Made by a program: the position numbers and the translations under genes. The notes below the pieces were generated by a model. That model saw only the letters and a list, made by a program, of their open reading frames with translations. It had not been told where the DNA came from and did not search any database. 64,000 nt of DNA, from positions 32,001 through 96,000 of the IMG/VR virus record IMGVR_UViG_3300032280_000753. One strand, given 5' to 3'. Of the stretch, positions 39,389 through 47,597 are shown in pieces. Positions within the stretch are counted from its first letter, which is position 1. Each line of letters starts with the position of its first letter. The DNA is from a virus (taxonomy: Duplodnaviria; Caudoviricetes).

Positions 39389-39395
39389 ATATAGC

Positions 39396-39632
39396 TTAAG
39401 TATGCGAAAATACAAAAGAAAAAGCCACCGCAGAGGTGGCTCTTAACTGATATATATCTTTTTTTATTTCGTGATCTACATCTTCATAGATGCCATCGTA
39501 ACCGTTATTATAATTTGATGGAGGAATTGAAGGAATTGGTAATTGTATTTCAATCTGTAACGGTTGCTGCTCTTCCCGTTCCTTGATTTTATTTTTTACC
39601 CACTCCCAGAAATCAGGTGTATTTGTTTCCAT
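39396..39632 (-). CDS. Small hypothetical protein
   Basis: Strong AGGAGG SD held inside a hairpin. Confidence 0.55.
   Translation of the reverse strand: METNTPDFWEWVKNKIKEREEQQPLQIEIQLPIPSIPPSNYNNGYDGIYEDVDHEIKKDIYQLRATSAVAFSFVFSHT
39414..39443 (-). terminator. Rho-independent terminator
   Basis: AGCCACC-TCTGC-GGTGGCT followed by TTTTCTTTT. Confidence 0.7.
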
Positions 39633-39668
39633 AAACCCTCCTACTATAAATAGGAGGGGCTTTAAAGC

Positions 39669-40199
39669 TTATACTCTGGAACTCTTCTGATACCAATCAT
39701 ACAAAGCAATGCCAGAAGAAACTGTAACGTTATGATCGTTATTAAGACCAAGCATGGGAATGGTTACGATGCTATGGGATGCCGCAAGGATTTGATCCGG
39801 AACGCCCGTCTTCTCACTACCGAAGAATAGAACCGGATTTTCTGGATACCTAAAAGAACGAATATCATAACAATCCAAGTTGTCTCGACGTTCAAAACTA
39901 ACCAGATTGCGTCCCTTCATTCCATGAAGAAAACTATCAAGAGTAGACCAACGCTTAAGGTGGCGCTTCTCATACTTTAGCGTTGATAGAGCACCCTTCT
40001 CATAAAACCACTCAACCTCTACAAGATGAATATCTCGCACAAGAAAGTTATGAGCGGTTCTAATCATTCCACCAACATTAAACTCATTCTTTGAACCAAA
40101 GATTGCAATGCTTACAGGTTGACGAACTTCATCCAAGGCATCACAAATTTCATCACGAGTAAAACCAGAAAGATCCGGTGCGTTTGACATATTAATCAA
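39669..40199 (-). CDS. SpoU/TrmH-family RNA 2'-O-methyltransferase
   Basis: NVGGMIRTA, FGSEKTGV, IPMLG...NV SPOUT motifs. Confidence 0.9.
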   Translation of the reverse strand: MINMSNAPDLSGFTRDEICDALDEVRQPVSIAIFGSKNEFNVGGMIRTAHNFLVRDIHLVEVEWFYEKGALSTLKYEKRHLKRWSTLDSFLHGMKGRNLVSFERRDNLDCYDIRSFRYPENPVLFFGSEKTGVPDQILAASHSIVTIPMLGLNNDHNVTVSSGIALYDWYQKSSRV

Positions 40200-40516
40200 T
40201 CTTCATCGCTGTTGCGACTACGAACCCGCTGCTTACGACGTGGAATGACACCGCCAATTGGAGCACGATCATCACCTTCAAGAGAAGCATAGTATTCACG
40301 ACTACTACTAATACGGAAAGTAATACGTCCCATACCAGTATCATAAGGCGATACTTCAAGCTTAACCCTATCACCAACCTGCAAATCAATCTTATTCTGA
40401 CGCATCTTGCCAGATAGCTTTGCAGTCACAATCTGATCGGTCCCCTCAACCTTAACACGGAAAATATCACGAGAATGATCAAGAACAAAACCAATCAATT
40501 CCATACGATCTGTCAT
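40196..40516 (-). CDS. infA: Translation initiation factor IF-1 with basic C-terminal extension
   Basis: FRVKVE...AKLSGKMRQNKI...GDRVKLEVSPYDTGMGRITFR. Confidence 0.92.
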   Translation of the reverse strand: MTDRMELIGFVLDHSRDIFRVKVEGTDQIVTAKLSGKMRQNKIDLQVGDRVKLEVSPYDTGMGRITFRISSSREYYASLEGDDRAPIGGVIPRRKQRVRSRNSDED

Positions 40517-40562
40517 TAGCTATTTACCTTTTCTATCTTTCTTTTTTGTTTAGTATCCGAAA

Positions 40563-40635
40563 CGTTCCCGGCAGGAGTCGAACCTGCGACCGACGAGGTA
40601 GAAGCTCGTAGCTCTATCCTCTGAGCTACAGGAAC
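40563..40635 (-). tRNA. tRNA-Arg(TCT), no encoded CCA
   Basis: GTTCCTG/CGGGAAC acceptor; ACGAG-CTTCTAC-CTCGT anticodon arm; TTCGACT T-loop; TTTACA-17-TATATT promoter upstream. Confidence 0.93.
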
Positions 40636-40683
40636 CTGATACACCTAATATAGCACGCTCTATGTCAGGTGTAAACTATATAT

Positions 40684-41064
40684 TCACCAATTATAAAAAA
40701 AGGAATTATCACTATGTTGAGGGCGCAAGGTATTAGTTCCAGAACTACGCATCAAAATATACATCCATGCAGGTTCATTTTCATCACGTAGCTGCACAAG
40801 CTCACGCTTATAAAAACTACCATTGGCTTCCAATCGGTCAAGCCTCTCCAAAGTAGAATTGTCCACTTCGTATAGCTCACCATTAATCGCCGCAGCTTCT
40901 CCATTCTCCGAATTCTTAATGACGCCTGGAAACGCACCAAACGAAATCATATGATAAATTTCTTCGCTTGTAAGACGTGAACCAATATAGTTCGCTTCCA
41001 ATAGCAATGAATGATTACCACGACCCTGCTTCAAGCTTCCATAAACAAAAACACGATGCTTCAT
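40684..41064 (-). CDS. Gamma-glutamylcyclotransferase (AIG2-like)
   Basis: VFVYGSLKQG...GELYEV...LDRLE...YKR...AWMY. Confidence 0.9.
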   Translation of the reverse strand: MKHRVFVYGSLKQGRGNHSLLLEANYIGSRLTSEEIYHMISFGAFPGVIKNSENGEAAAINGELYEVDNSTLERLDRLEANGSFYKRELVQLRDENEPAWMYILMRSSGTNTLRPQHSDNSFFYNW

Positions 41065-41072
41065 ATTAAACC

Positions 41073-41315
41073 TCAATTTGTTTCGCAACGGTCAATCTTA
41101 AGATATCCAACTTTAATCATATCATTCACGAATGTAACGGAATTCGTAGTACGAATATAATCACCATAAGCCTTATAGGCTCGCTCTGCCACTTCCTCCA
41201 TATACCGGCGCAACGTGGGTGCCTCAGTCAAACTGCCCATCCAGAGACGCTCCACGAAGTCACGATGATTAGCAGCGTTAATATTCCAATGAAAGAAACG
41301 GTAGGTATTAATCAC
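41073..41315 (-). CDS. Small protein coupled to amidoligase
   Basis: GTGA overlap with the amidoligase stop; GGAG SD. Confidence 0.6.
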   Translation of the reverse strand: MINTYRFFHWNINAANHRDFVERLWMGSLTEAPTLRRYMEEVAERAYKAYGDYIRTTNSVTFVNDMIKVGYLKIDRCETN

Positions 41316-42391
41316 GCCGCAAGCTCCATCGCTCGCTCATTGAAGTAGCTAACCACACCCGCCGACAAACCACTAAGCGCATGATCGTCAACGCTAACCG
41401 TGGGCATCCCAACCGCCGCACGAACCACCGGGGTAGACGTGCCCGTGGTGACACTCTGCTCAATCGTAAGGAAGGTGGTGTAGCTGATATTCGCCCGATA
41501 CGTGCCCCAAAGGCGGCTCTTCGTAACCCGCAGCGACCACTTGCGCCGGATCTCGCTGATGCACGCCGGGATGCTCGTCACCGAATAACCCGACACCTCT
41601 GCGAGACGTGCCTGGCTTGCCGAGCCAGCGGTGTGAAGCTCACGGACGATCTTGAACAACCCCTTGTCCCGAGCGTTCGTGCGACCAGCAGGGCGTCCAC
41701 GACGACGAGCCACCGGAGCCGGGCTAACCGACGCCACAAGCTGACGGCTCACCTCAACGAAGTTAAGGACAAAGAGAACCCAATTCCCGATCTTCTCCGA
41801 ACTAACCGAGCCGCTGTGCTGGCGGAATTCAATCGTGCCCTGACGAACAAAGGCAGCGAGATTGATCTTGTAATAACGATCCCAGCCCCGAGCCGACATA
41901 GCCGCCACGGTCTGGCATTCCGCAAGGGCGGCACCATAATACGCCGACCAATCGCTCATGCTCTTAAGATACTGATTATTGCTCGCCCGCCGGGAAACCG
42001 GCATATAGCTATCGATAACCGTCTCGAAAGACGAATAACGCTTGACGATCATCTTGATTTCATCGATGGACAGATCCGACGCACCGACGTGAACGTGAAT
42101 GCCGCACGTCTTATTAGCCGTCGCACCGGCAGCGTTCAATGCATCGGCAACCGTCTTAAGCGCCGTCATGCCCGCCGTTCCCGAAAGGATAGGGGAAACA
42201 ATCTCGATGCCGGGATTTCCACGGTTATCACGCACCGAGCTATCGGTCGTAATCTTCCAATGCGACCGAGTGTTATGATTATAACCTTCGATCTCGCAGG
42301 GCAGACCCGTCGCACGGATCGCAGAAAGAGCGACCTCCGCCGTGATCCCGATGCATTCAATCTCCACCCCAAACGTCCTGTTCGTCATCAT
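41312..42391 (-). CDS. Putative amidoligase (COOH-NH2 ligase, Amidoligase_2-like) with AT-hook/wHTH insertion
   Basis: TFGVEIE, WKITTDSS, EIVSPIL, CGIHVH, RYYKIN, TIEFRQHSG. Confidence 0.9.
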   Translation of the reverse strand: MMTNRTFGVEIECIGITAEVALSAIRATGLPCEIEGYNHNTRSHWKITTDSSVRDNRGNPGIEIVSPILSGTAGMTALKTVADALNAAGATANKTCGIHVHVGASDLSIDEIKMIVKRYSSFETVIDSYMPVSRRASNNQYLKSMSDWSAYYGAALAECQTVAAMSARGWDRYYKINLAAFVRQGTIEFRQHSGSVSSEKIGNWVLFVLNFVEVSRQLVASVSPAPVARRRGRPAGRTNARDKGLFKIVRELHTAGSASQARLAEVSGYSVTSIPACISEIRRKWSLRVTKSRLWGTYRANISYTTFLTIEQSVTTGTSTPVVRAAVGMPTVSVDDHALSGLSAGVVSYFNERAMELAA

Positions 42392-42426
42392 GTATACAGA
42401 ATAGCAGGTGTATAAGATTTTTTAAA
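42392..42426 (-). promoter_or_regulatory. Sigma70-type promoter, leaderless
   Basis: TTTAAA-17-TATTCT (TG extended -10), then 6 nt to ATG; AT-rich UP-like tract upstream. Confidence 0.8.
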
Positions 42427-42500
42427 GGTATTAATTTTTATTTTTATTTTATTTTTATTCCCTTATTTTATAAGGGGTTTGTGAGATTGGGAAGGTATCA

Positions 42501-42573
42501 AGCGGTGGATGGGGCACGATCCCACAACAATCAGTTTGGAAAACTGAGACTCTACCAATTGAGCTACCACCGC
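42501..42573 (-). tRNA. tRNA-Gly(TCC), no CCA, atypical T-loop
   Basis: GCGGTGG/CCACCGC acceptor; TCAGT-TTTCCAA-ACTGA; discriminator T. Confidence 0.9.
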
Positions 42574-42588
42574 AGAACAAACATTAAA

Positions 42589-42660
42589 TTGCGGGTGACG
42601 GATTTGCACCGTCGATCTTCTGATTATGAGCCAGACGAGTTACTACTTCTCCAACCCGCT
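42589..42660 (-). tRNA. tRNA-Met(CAT), initiator-like (1:72 mismatch), no CCA
   Basis: AGCGGGT/ACCCGCA acceptor with A:A mismatch; TCTGG-CTCATAA-TCAGA. Confidence 0.85.
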
Positions 42661-42692
42661 ATATAAAGATAGAACAACTCTATCTTTTTGTA

Positions 42693-43058
42693 TCAGCTTC
42701 TGCCGTAATCGTCTTGATAACGGTGGATATCTTTTTCATCACAAACACCCATCTGAACCTCAATAATTTCCATATCTTTGACGGCAGTTATTCTGTGTTT
42801 GTGTTTTTTTGGAACAAATATATGACCACCTGTTCCAAGATGCCTTTCCATATCATCAAGCTCTACTGTACCAAATCCGCTTATAACAACCCAATGCTCA
42901 TCACGTTGATCATGCGATTGCAATGAAATGCGACAACCTTTCTTGATGAATAACTTTTTTACTTTGTATTTTTCACCTTCTTGGATTGTCTCAAACCATC
43001 CCCAGGGTCTTTCTTCCCGGTTTGTTACTACTTCGGTTTTTTCTTTAGATTTTGCCAT
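42693..43058 (-). CDS. Mannose-6-phosphate isomerase type II cupin domain
   Basis: ERPWG...SLQSH...EHWVV...HRI...IIEVQ...DI.R.QDDYGR. Confidence 0.9.
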   Translation of the reverse strand: MAKSKEKTEVVTNREERPWGWFETIQEGEKYKVKKLFIKKGCRISLQSHDQRDEHWVVISGFGTVELDDMERHLGTGGHIFVPKKHKHRITAVKDMEIIEVQMGVCDEKDIHRYQDDYGRS

Positions 43059-43081
43059 GTGTGTAAATATGCAGTTATATA

Positions 43082-44098
43082 CTACAGACGATCTACAAAA
43101 CTCATATCGTCTGCGCCTTCTGAAAAAACAGTATCATTCATATCCATAGAAAATGTCTGATAATCTATCCAATTACGAAACTGAAATTTATTGTCAAAAC
43201 GAATTACTTCATTATTATATAGAATTGCCCATTCTGCAACTTGATCTAAAATATCTCCCTTGTTAACAATAAGAGTTGTAACGCCATTCATACGAATTCC
43301 ACGTTCAATAATATTCCAGTTAAGCCAGTTAACTTGACGCTTTCTTCCCGTAGTCGCTCCAAACTCTTGTCCTGCCTCCTGAATGCGGTTAAAAACCTCT
43401 CCAGCGGGTTGAAAGGACTTGGCTCCTACATAAGTGTCATAAGCCTTTACAACGCCATATACGTTCCTTATATGCTTATGATGAAACCCATTGTTCAGAA
43501 CACCTCCAATGCCACAATGACTGCTGGTGACATATGGATAATCGCCCCAATCAATATCTAAATTAAAAGATTGAGCGCCTTCGGCAAGAATTCTAACCGG
43601 CTGATCCCCATAAAACTCTTCATACATATCGGTAAGATAATTTTGCAGAAGAGGATCTGTAGATGCTCTTACACCTTTACGAGAATATTTTGCAGAATAT
43701 GCTGGACCGTTTCCGGTCTTGGTTGTCCCAATGCGGGTATCGCTACTGTCCTCGGTTAAATGCTCTTCGGTTACAAGATGAACGTTGTTTGCAATACCAA
43801 CATTAATCTTCTTACCAAGATTATCCTCAAGATACTTTACTTCTTCGAGAAGTTTTGAAGTACTGGCAACACAACCGGGACCGATTACAGAACGAATACC
43901 ATGAAATACTCCAGAAGGAATAAGATGGGTTACAAACTTCTTTCCTTCATGGTAAATGGTATGACCCGCATTACCTCCACCATTAAAACGTAAACAATGG
44001 GTATAATCACGTTTAGCCATTAATGCGTGGGAAACTTTTCCTTTCCCACTATCTCCATGTGCTAAATCAACTACTACATCAATCTTAATATTGCTCAT
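43082..44098 (-). CDS. purA: Adenylosuccinate synthetase (short form)
   Basis: GDSGKGK, GGGNAGHT, IGTT, EGAQ...GDYPYVTSS, EFGATTGRKR. Confidence 0.93.
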   Translation of the reverse strand: MSNIKIDVVVDLAHGDSGKGKVSHALMAKRDYTHCLRFNGGGNAGHTIYHEGKKFVTHLIPSGVFHGIRSVIGPGCVASTSKLLEEVKYLEDNLGKKINVGIANNVHLVTEEHLTEDSSDTRIGTTKTGNGPAYSAKYSRKGVRASTDPLLQNYLTDMYEEFYGDQPVRILAEGAQSFNLDIDWGDYPYVTSSHCGIGGVLNNGFHHKHIRNVYGVVKAYDTYVGAKSFQPAGEVFNRIQEAGQEFGATTGRKRQVNWLNWNIIERGIRMNGVTTLIVNKGDILDQVAEWAILYNNEVIRFDNKFQFRNWIDYQTFSMDMNDTVFSEGADDMSFVDRL

Positions 44099-44139
44099 GT
44101 GCTAAACATACATGAACATGTTTTTTCTTTAAACACTAA

Positions 44140-44334
44140 TCAAGGAGACGATTCGGTAGGAAGTGTTCCTACAAGATTATCTGCACCTTGAACTTTGCTC
44201 TTTACAGTCTCACCAAACTGTTTCCAGATGGCAAAACAAACAACGGCTATTAAACAAAGAATAATAATATATTCAACGGTAGAAAGACCTTTTGTGTCTT
44301 TTAATAGTTTACGCATTTTTCTTGTTGTTAACAT
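44140..44334 (-). CDS. Flp/Tad (type IVc) pilin
   Basis: Basic leader, prepilin site G|LSTVEY with E+5 and Y+6, hydrophobic helix, 64 aa. Confidence 0.85.
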   Translation of the reverse strand: MLTTRKMRKLLKDTKGLSTVEYIIILCLIAVVCFAIWKQFGETVKSKVQGADNLVGTLPTESSP

Positions 44335-44348
44335 ATGTTTATAAGTAG

Positions 44349-44422
44349 TCGGAATAACAGGATTCGAACTTGTGACTTCCGCATCCCAAATGCGGCGCTC
44401 TACCAGGCTGAGCTATACTCCG
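44349..44422 (-). tRNA. tRNA-Pro(TGG), no CCA
   Basis: CGGAGTA/TATTCCG acceptor; CCGCA-TTTGGGA-TGCGG; TTCGAAT. Confidence 0.93.
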
Positions 44423-44464
44423 ATTAACATAGATTATCTAACGAACTTAGAAAAGTTTAAAATA

Positions 44465-44998
44465 TTAACTGGTTTTTGTTTGACCGTCTAATGTTTGCAA
44501 AGTAGTTAACGTTTTTTTAAGTTCATCTGAGGTTTTCTTAGTTCCATCAGATGCAGTTCCAAGTCCAGTTGCTTGATCAGCCTGAGCTTTAGTAAATGTA
44601 GCTTGAGTTTGTTCTGGTTTCGCCAAATCTTTTGAAGCTTTAGATGCGTTAGCTAAACCGGTAGAGGTTTTGTCAGTAGATGATATCATGTTATTAGTAT
44701 ATGATGTCATTTTATGTGCAGCAGTATTAATAGCTTTTTGATTTTTATTAATTAATTCACTGTTTGCGGCTACAGCATCTTCTATGTTTGATATCGTGCT
44801 TTCCGTATCATCATCTGTTGAACGTCCACCAGTTGATTTTGTTGTTTCTGTAGAGCTGGCTCCGGTTGTTGTGCCGGATGAACTTGTTGAACTGGTTCCA
44901 AAAGACGTTACTCCTCCAGAACTTCCTATAGTTCCTGCTTCTTTCAAAGCTTGTTGAACAATCAAACCGATATATTCTTTTAAAAGTTGTCTATTCAT
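44465..44998 (-). CDS. Ser/Thr-rich protein with leader; candidate head-internal protein
   Basis: MNRQLLKEYIGLIVQQALKE; TATTTA 6 nt upstream. Confidence 0.7.
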   Translation of the reverse strand: MNRQLLKEYIGLIVQQALKEAGTIGSSGGVTSFGTSSTSSSGTTTGASSTETTKSTGGRSTDDDTESTISNIEDAVAANSELINKNQKAINTAAHKMTSYTNNMISSTDKTSTGLANASKASKDLAKPEQTQATFTKAQADQATGLGTASDGTKKTSDELKKTLTTLQTLDGQTKTS

Positions 44999-45003
44999 AT
45001 GCA

Positions 45004-45441
45004 TTAAATATTAGGACGTTTAGCAGAATATATTTTTTCTAATATATCATTGCTGTAAGCATCTCTTTCGCCGCCGCCTAAACCCCAAACACAGACAATA
45101 CCAAGATCATTGCAAAGTTGACGTTCTGGAGTATTTCTGTCTACTCTTAATCCGCCGTTTCCAAACACATTAGGTTTTAGCCTTCTTAGTGCTTCACATA
45201 CCGTTCCATCGCTGTCGTTAACACGCTCTACAGCTTCTATACCCTTTATAGATAATAAGATTTCTTTACGCTCGTGCCATGGCATCATTACGATACCTCT
45301 CTTTTTTAAAACCCATTCATCGCTGTTAAGCAATATTACAACACGCCCAAAGTTTTGAGCACCGGTTATCATCCGGATATGACCGGGATGAATAATGTCA
45401 AATCCGCCAGATAATGCTATTGTTTGATTTTCTATTGTCAT
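45004..45441 (-). CDS. Cytidylyltransferase (TagD/RfaE-like)
   Basis: SGGFDIIHPGH, LNSDEW..KKRG, GNGG.R...NTPE. Confidence 0.88.
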   Translation of the reverse strand: MTIENQTIALSGGFDIIHPGHIRMITGAQNFGRVVILLNSDEWVLKKRGIVMMPWHERKEILLSIKGIEAVERVNDSDGTVCEALRRLKPNVFGNGGLRVDRNTPERQLCNDLGIVCVWGLGGGERDAYSNDILEKIYSAKRPNI

Positions 45442-45476
45442 GTTTATAGTTTATTATTTAACTTAACATTTTCTTA

Positions 45477-47525
45477 TCACATTACGAAAACTTTACCAAT
45501 AGATGCACCAAGAATAATTTCTAAATCACCTTCTATTTCCAAAGCAATACTTTCCAGTTCTGATGTGTTGATTGCTTCACGGGCTTCTTCATCTTTACTG
45601 TAACGAGTTTGTTTGCGACCCCAACCTGCAATTCCAGTAATAATAGATTGTGGCAATGGATTAAACGTAATCTTACCAGTTAAAAGATATTGAGCCAATA
45701 ACTCATAAGCAAACTCATACCAATTACGCATTTTATTGTCACGAGCACTCTTCATCGTGCCAAGTTGTTGAGCTACATATTTTAATATTTTGTCTCGACC
45801 GGCATTACCTTGGAAATCATATGTTTTGCCATAAACATCAATTCCATAAACTTCTTTTAGTATATCTGCGATACGTTTACGCAAATCTTTAATAAATTCT
45901 TGCCATTTCTCCGCTGGAAATCCTCTTCCCCTTGCGAGAGCATGACCTAAACGATGTGCCAATATCCATCCAGATGACATATAACGTTCAGCACCCGTGT
46001 TACTTGTATATATAATCGTTATTGTGTTGCCGTCAGGATCTGGAATTTCATCAGCAGTAAGTTTCATCTTGTCTCTTACGAAACTCATATCAACTAAACC
46101 GACTTCTCTAAACTGGGATTTGTTAACTCTTGGATCGTTAACAAGATACATATCAAAATCAAATGGAGTTTTTTCCCATTGTCGTTTAATCTTTTCTACA
46201 CCTCGTGGAGACGTTAAGATTTTTCTATCAACATCTCCGAAAGAAGAACGCCGACCCCAATCTCCAACAGTCTTAAACTGTCTGATCGCCATTTCATCTA
46301 CTTCTTCTGAGAATAGACTTTCCATCAATTTTTCAAGATTAGTTTTATTTTCTTTTAGCATTTCTTCGAATTTTTCTTTTTCACGATTTGCGATTGCAAT
46401 TCCAAGTTCTCTTCCGCTTAGTTCTGGAAATTCATTGCTTGAAACTGTTGGCTCATATTCCAAAAATGATTGAATTGTTTTATTTGATATTCCCAAGGCT
46501 TCGGCAAAATATTTCAATGATGCATCTTTTAATCCACTAATTTTATATATTTTTTTCAATTTTAAAGCTATTTCCGGAGAAATGTTTTTGAAGTCGAGTA
46601 AAAATTGAACCTGTCTGATTTCATCTCCAGTATATTTTGCTTTATTTAGTTTTATAGCTACAGCTTTTGCATCATTGTTTTGCAATAAAAGTGCTAAAGC
46701 TACTGGGATATCACTTGTTTCTGAATATTCTTTGTTAACAACCAGTCCTGGGAATATTTGCTCCCATAGATTGTAACGTTCTATCAGTTGATAAAAACTA
46801 ATAGGACTAATTGCAGATTTTATTCCTTTTAAGAATTCATCTCTTATTCTTTCCCCTGATACTCCTTCTAAAGAATTATCATCGGATATTGCTTCATCTG
46901 CTTCTTTATCTAATTTAGTCCCAAAACGAGCAGCAAATCTTAATGCTCTTAATATTCTTAATCTATCTTCATCAAATCTTTCTTTTGCATTGCCTACGGT
47001 TTTTACAACTTTGTTTTCTATGTCTTGTATGCCGCCTACATAGTCAACAATCTCTTTATTTGAGATATCATAAAAAAGAGCATTCATTGTTAAATCCCGA
47101 CGATTGACATCTTTTTCAATTGTTGCAAATTCAACACTATCAGGTCTTCTGCCTTTTCCTATGTCCGTTCTAAAAGTAGCGATTTCATAATCATTTCCTT
47201 CTGGAGTGATTATTTTAACAATACCAAATGCCCTACCCAATTCTAAAACTCTATACTCTGGATAAGCTTTTAGAATTTCTTCTACTTCATCTGGAGTAGC
47301 ATTCGTGGTTACATCAAAATCTTTAGGAGATTTACCAAGTAATGCATCTCTTACAGAGCCACCTACTAAATAAAAGTCTTTTCCAGAGCTTTTAAAAATA
47401 TCTGACAATGTTTCTAAATCAGTCGGCAAAGTAATTTCAAATTTTTGTCTTACTTGTTCTGATAGTATTGTAGATATGTTTAATTCTTGCAGAAGTTTTA
47501 CAAGATTAGTTTTATTAATTGCCAT
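45477..47525 (-). CDS. cca: Class II tRNA nucleotidyltransferase (CCA-adding) fused to an unknown C-terminal domain
   Basis: VGGSVRD, KDFD, RRDLTMNA, EDRLRILRALRF, SGERI; about 280 extra C-terminal residues containing HRLGH. Confidence 0.88.
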   Translation of the reverse strand: MAINKTNLVKLLQELNISTILSEQVRQKFEITLPTDLETLSDIFKSSGKDFYLVGGSVRDALLGKSPKDFDVTTNATPDEVEEILKAYPEYRVLELGRAFGIVKIITPEGNDYEIATFRTDIGKGRRPDSVEFATIEKDVNRRDLTMNALFYDISNKEIVDYVGGIQDIENKVVKTVGNAKERFDEDRLRILRALRFAARFGTKLDKEADEAISDDNSLEGVSGERIRDEFLKGIKSAISPISFYQLIERYNLWEQIFPGLVVNKEYSETSDIPVALALLLQNNDAKAVAIKLNKAKYTGDEIRQVQFLLDFKNISPEIALKLKKIYKISGLKDASLKYFAEALGISNKTIQSFLEYEPTVSSNEFPELSGRELGIAIANREKEKFEEMLKENKTNLEKLMESLFSEEVDEMAIRQFKTVGDWGRRSSFGDVDRKILTSPRGVEKIKRQWEKTPFDFDMYLVNDPRVNKSQFREVGLVDMSFVRDKMKLTADEIPDPDGNTITIIYTSNTGAERYMSSGWILAHRLGHALARGRGFPAEKWQEFIKDLRKRIADILKEVYGIDVYGKTYDFQGNAGRDKILKYVAQQLGTMKSARDNKMRNWYEFAYELLAQYLLTGKITFNPLPQSIITGIAGWGRKQTRYSKDEEAREAINTSELESIALEIEGDLEIILGASIGKVFVM

Positions 47526-47556
47526 AGAGTTAAATATTGCGTTTATTTCCTATGAC

Positions 47557-47592
47557 CAAAAGAAAAACCCCGATACTTTTAATATCGGGGTC
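47557..47592 (-). terminator. Terminator closing the tRNA/ncRNA unit
   Basis: ACCCCGATATT-AA-AAGTATCGGGGT followed by TTTTCTTTT. Confidence 0.8.
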
Positions 47593-47597
47593 GAAAA

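Noticed and set aside
41381-42415. 344-aa + strand ORF
   Set aside because: Antisense shadow of the GC-rich amidoligase gene with no recognisable motifs.
43082-44098. PurZ (2-aminoadenine Z-genome pathway)
   Set aside because: The catalytic Asp is retained (GDSGKGK, versus GSxGKG in PurZ) and the TTGRKR loop is PurA-type; no DatZ or MazZ neighbours seen.
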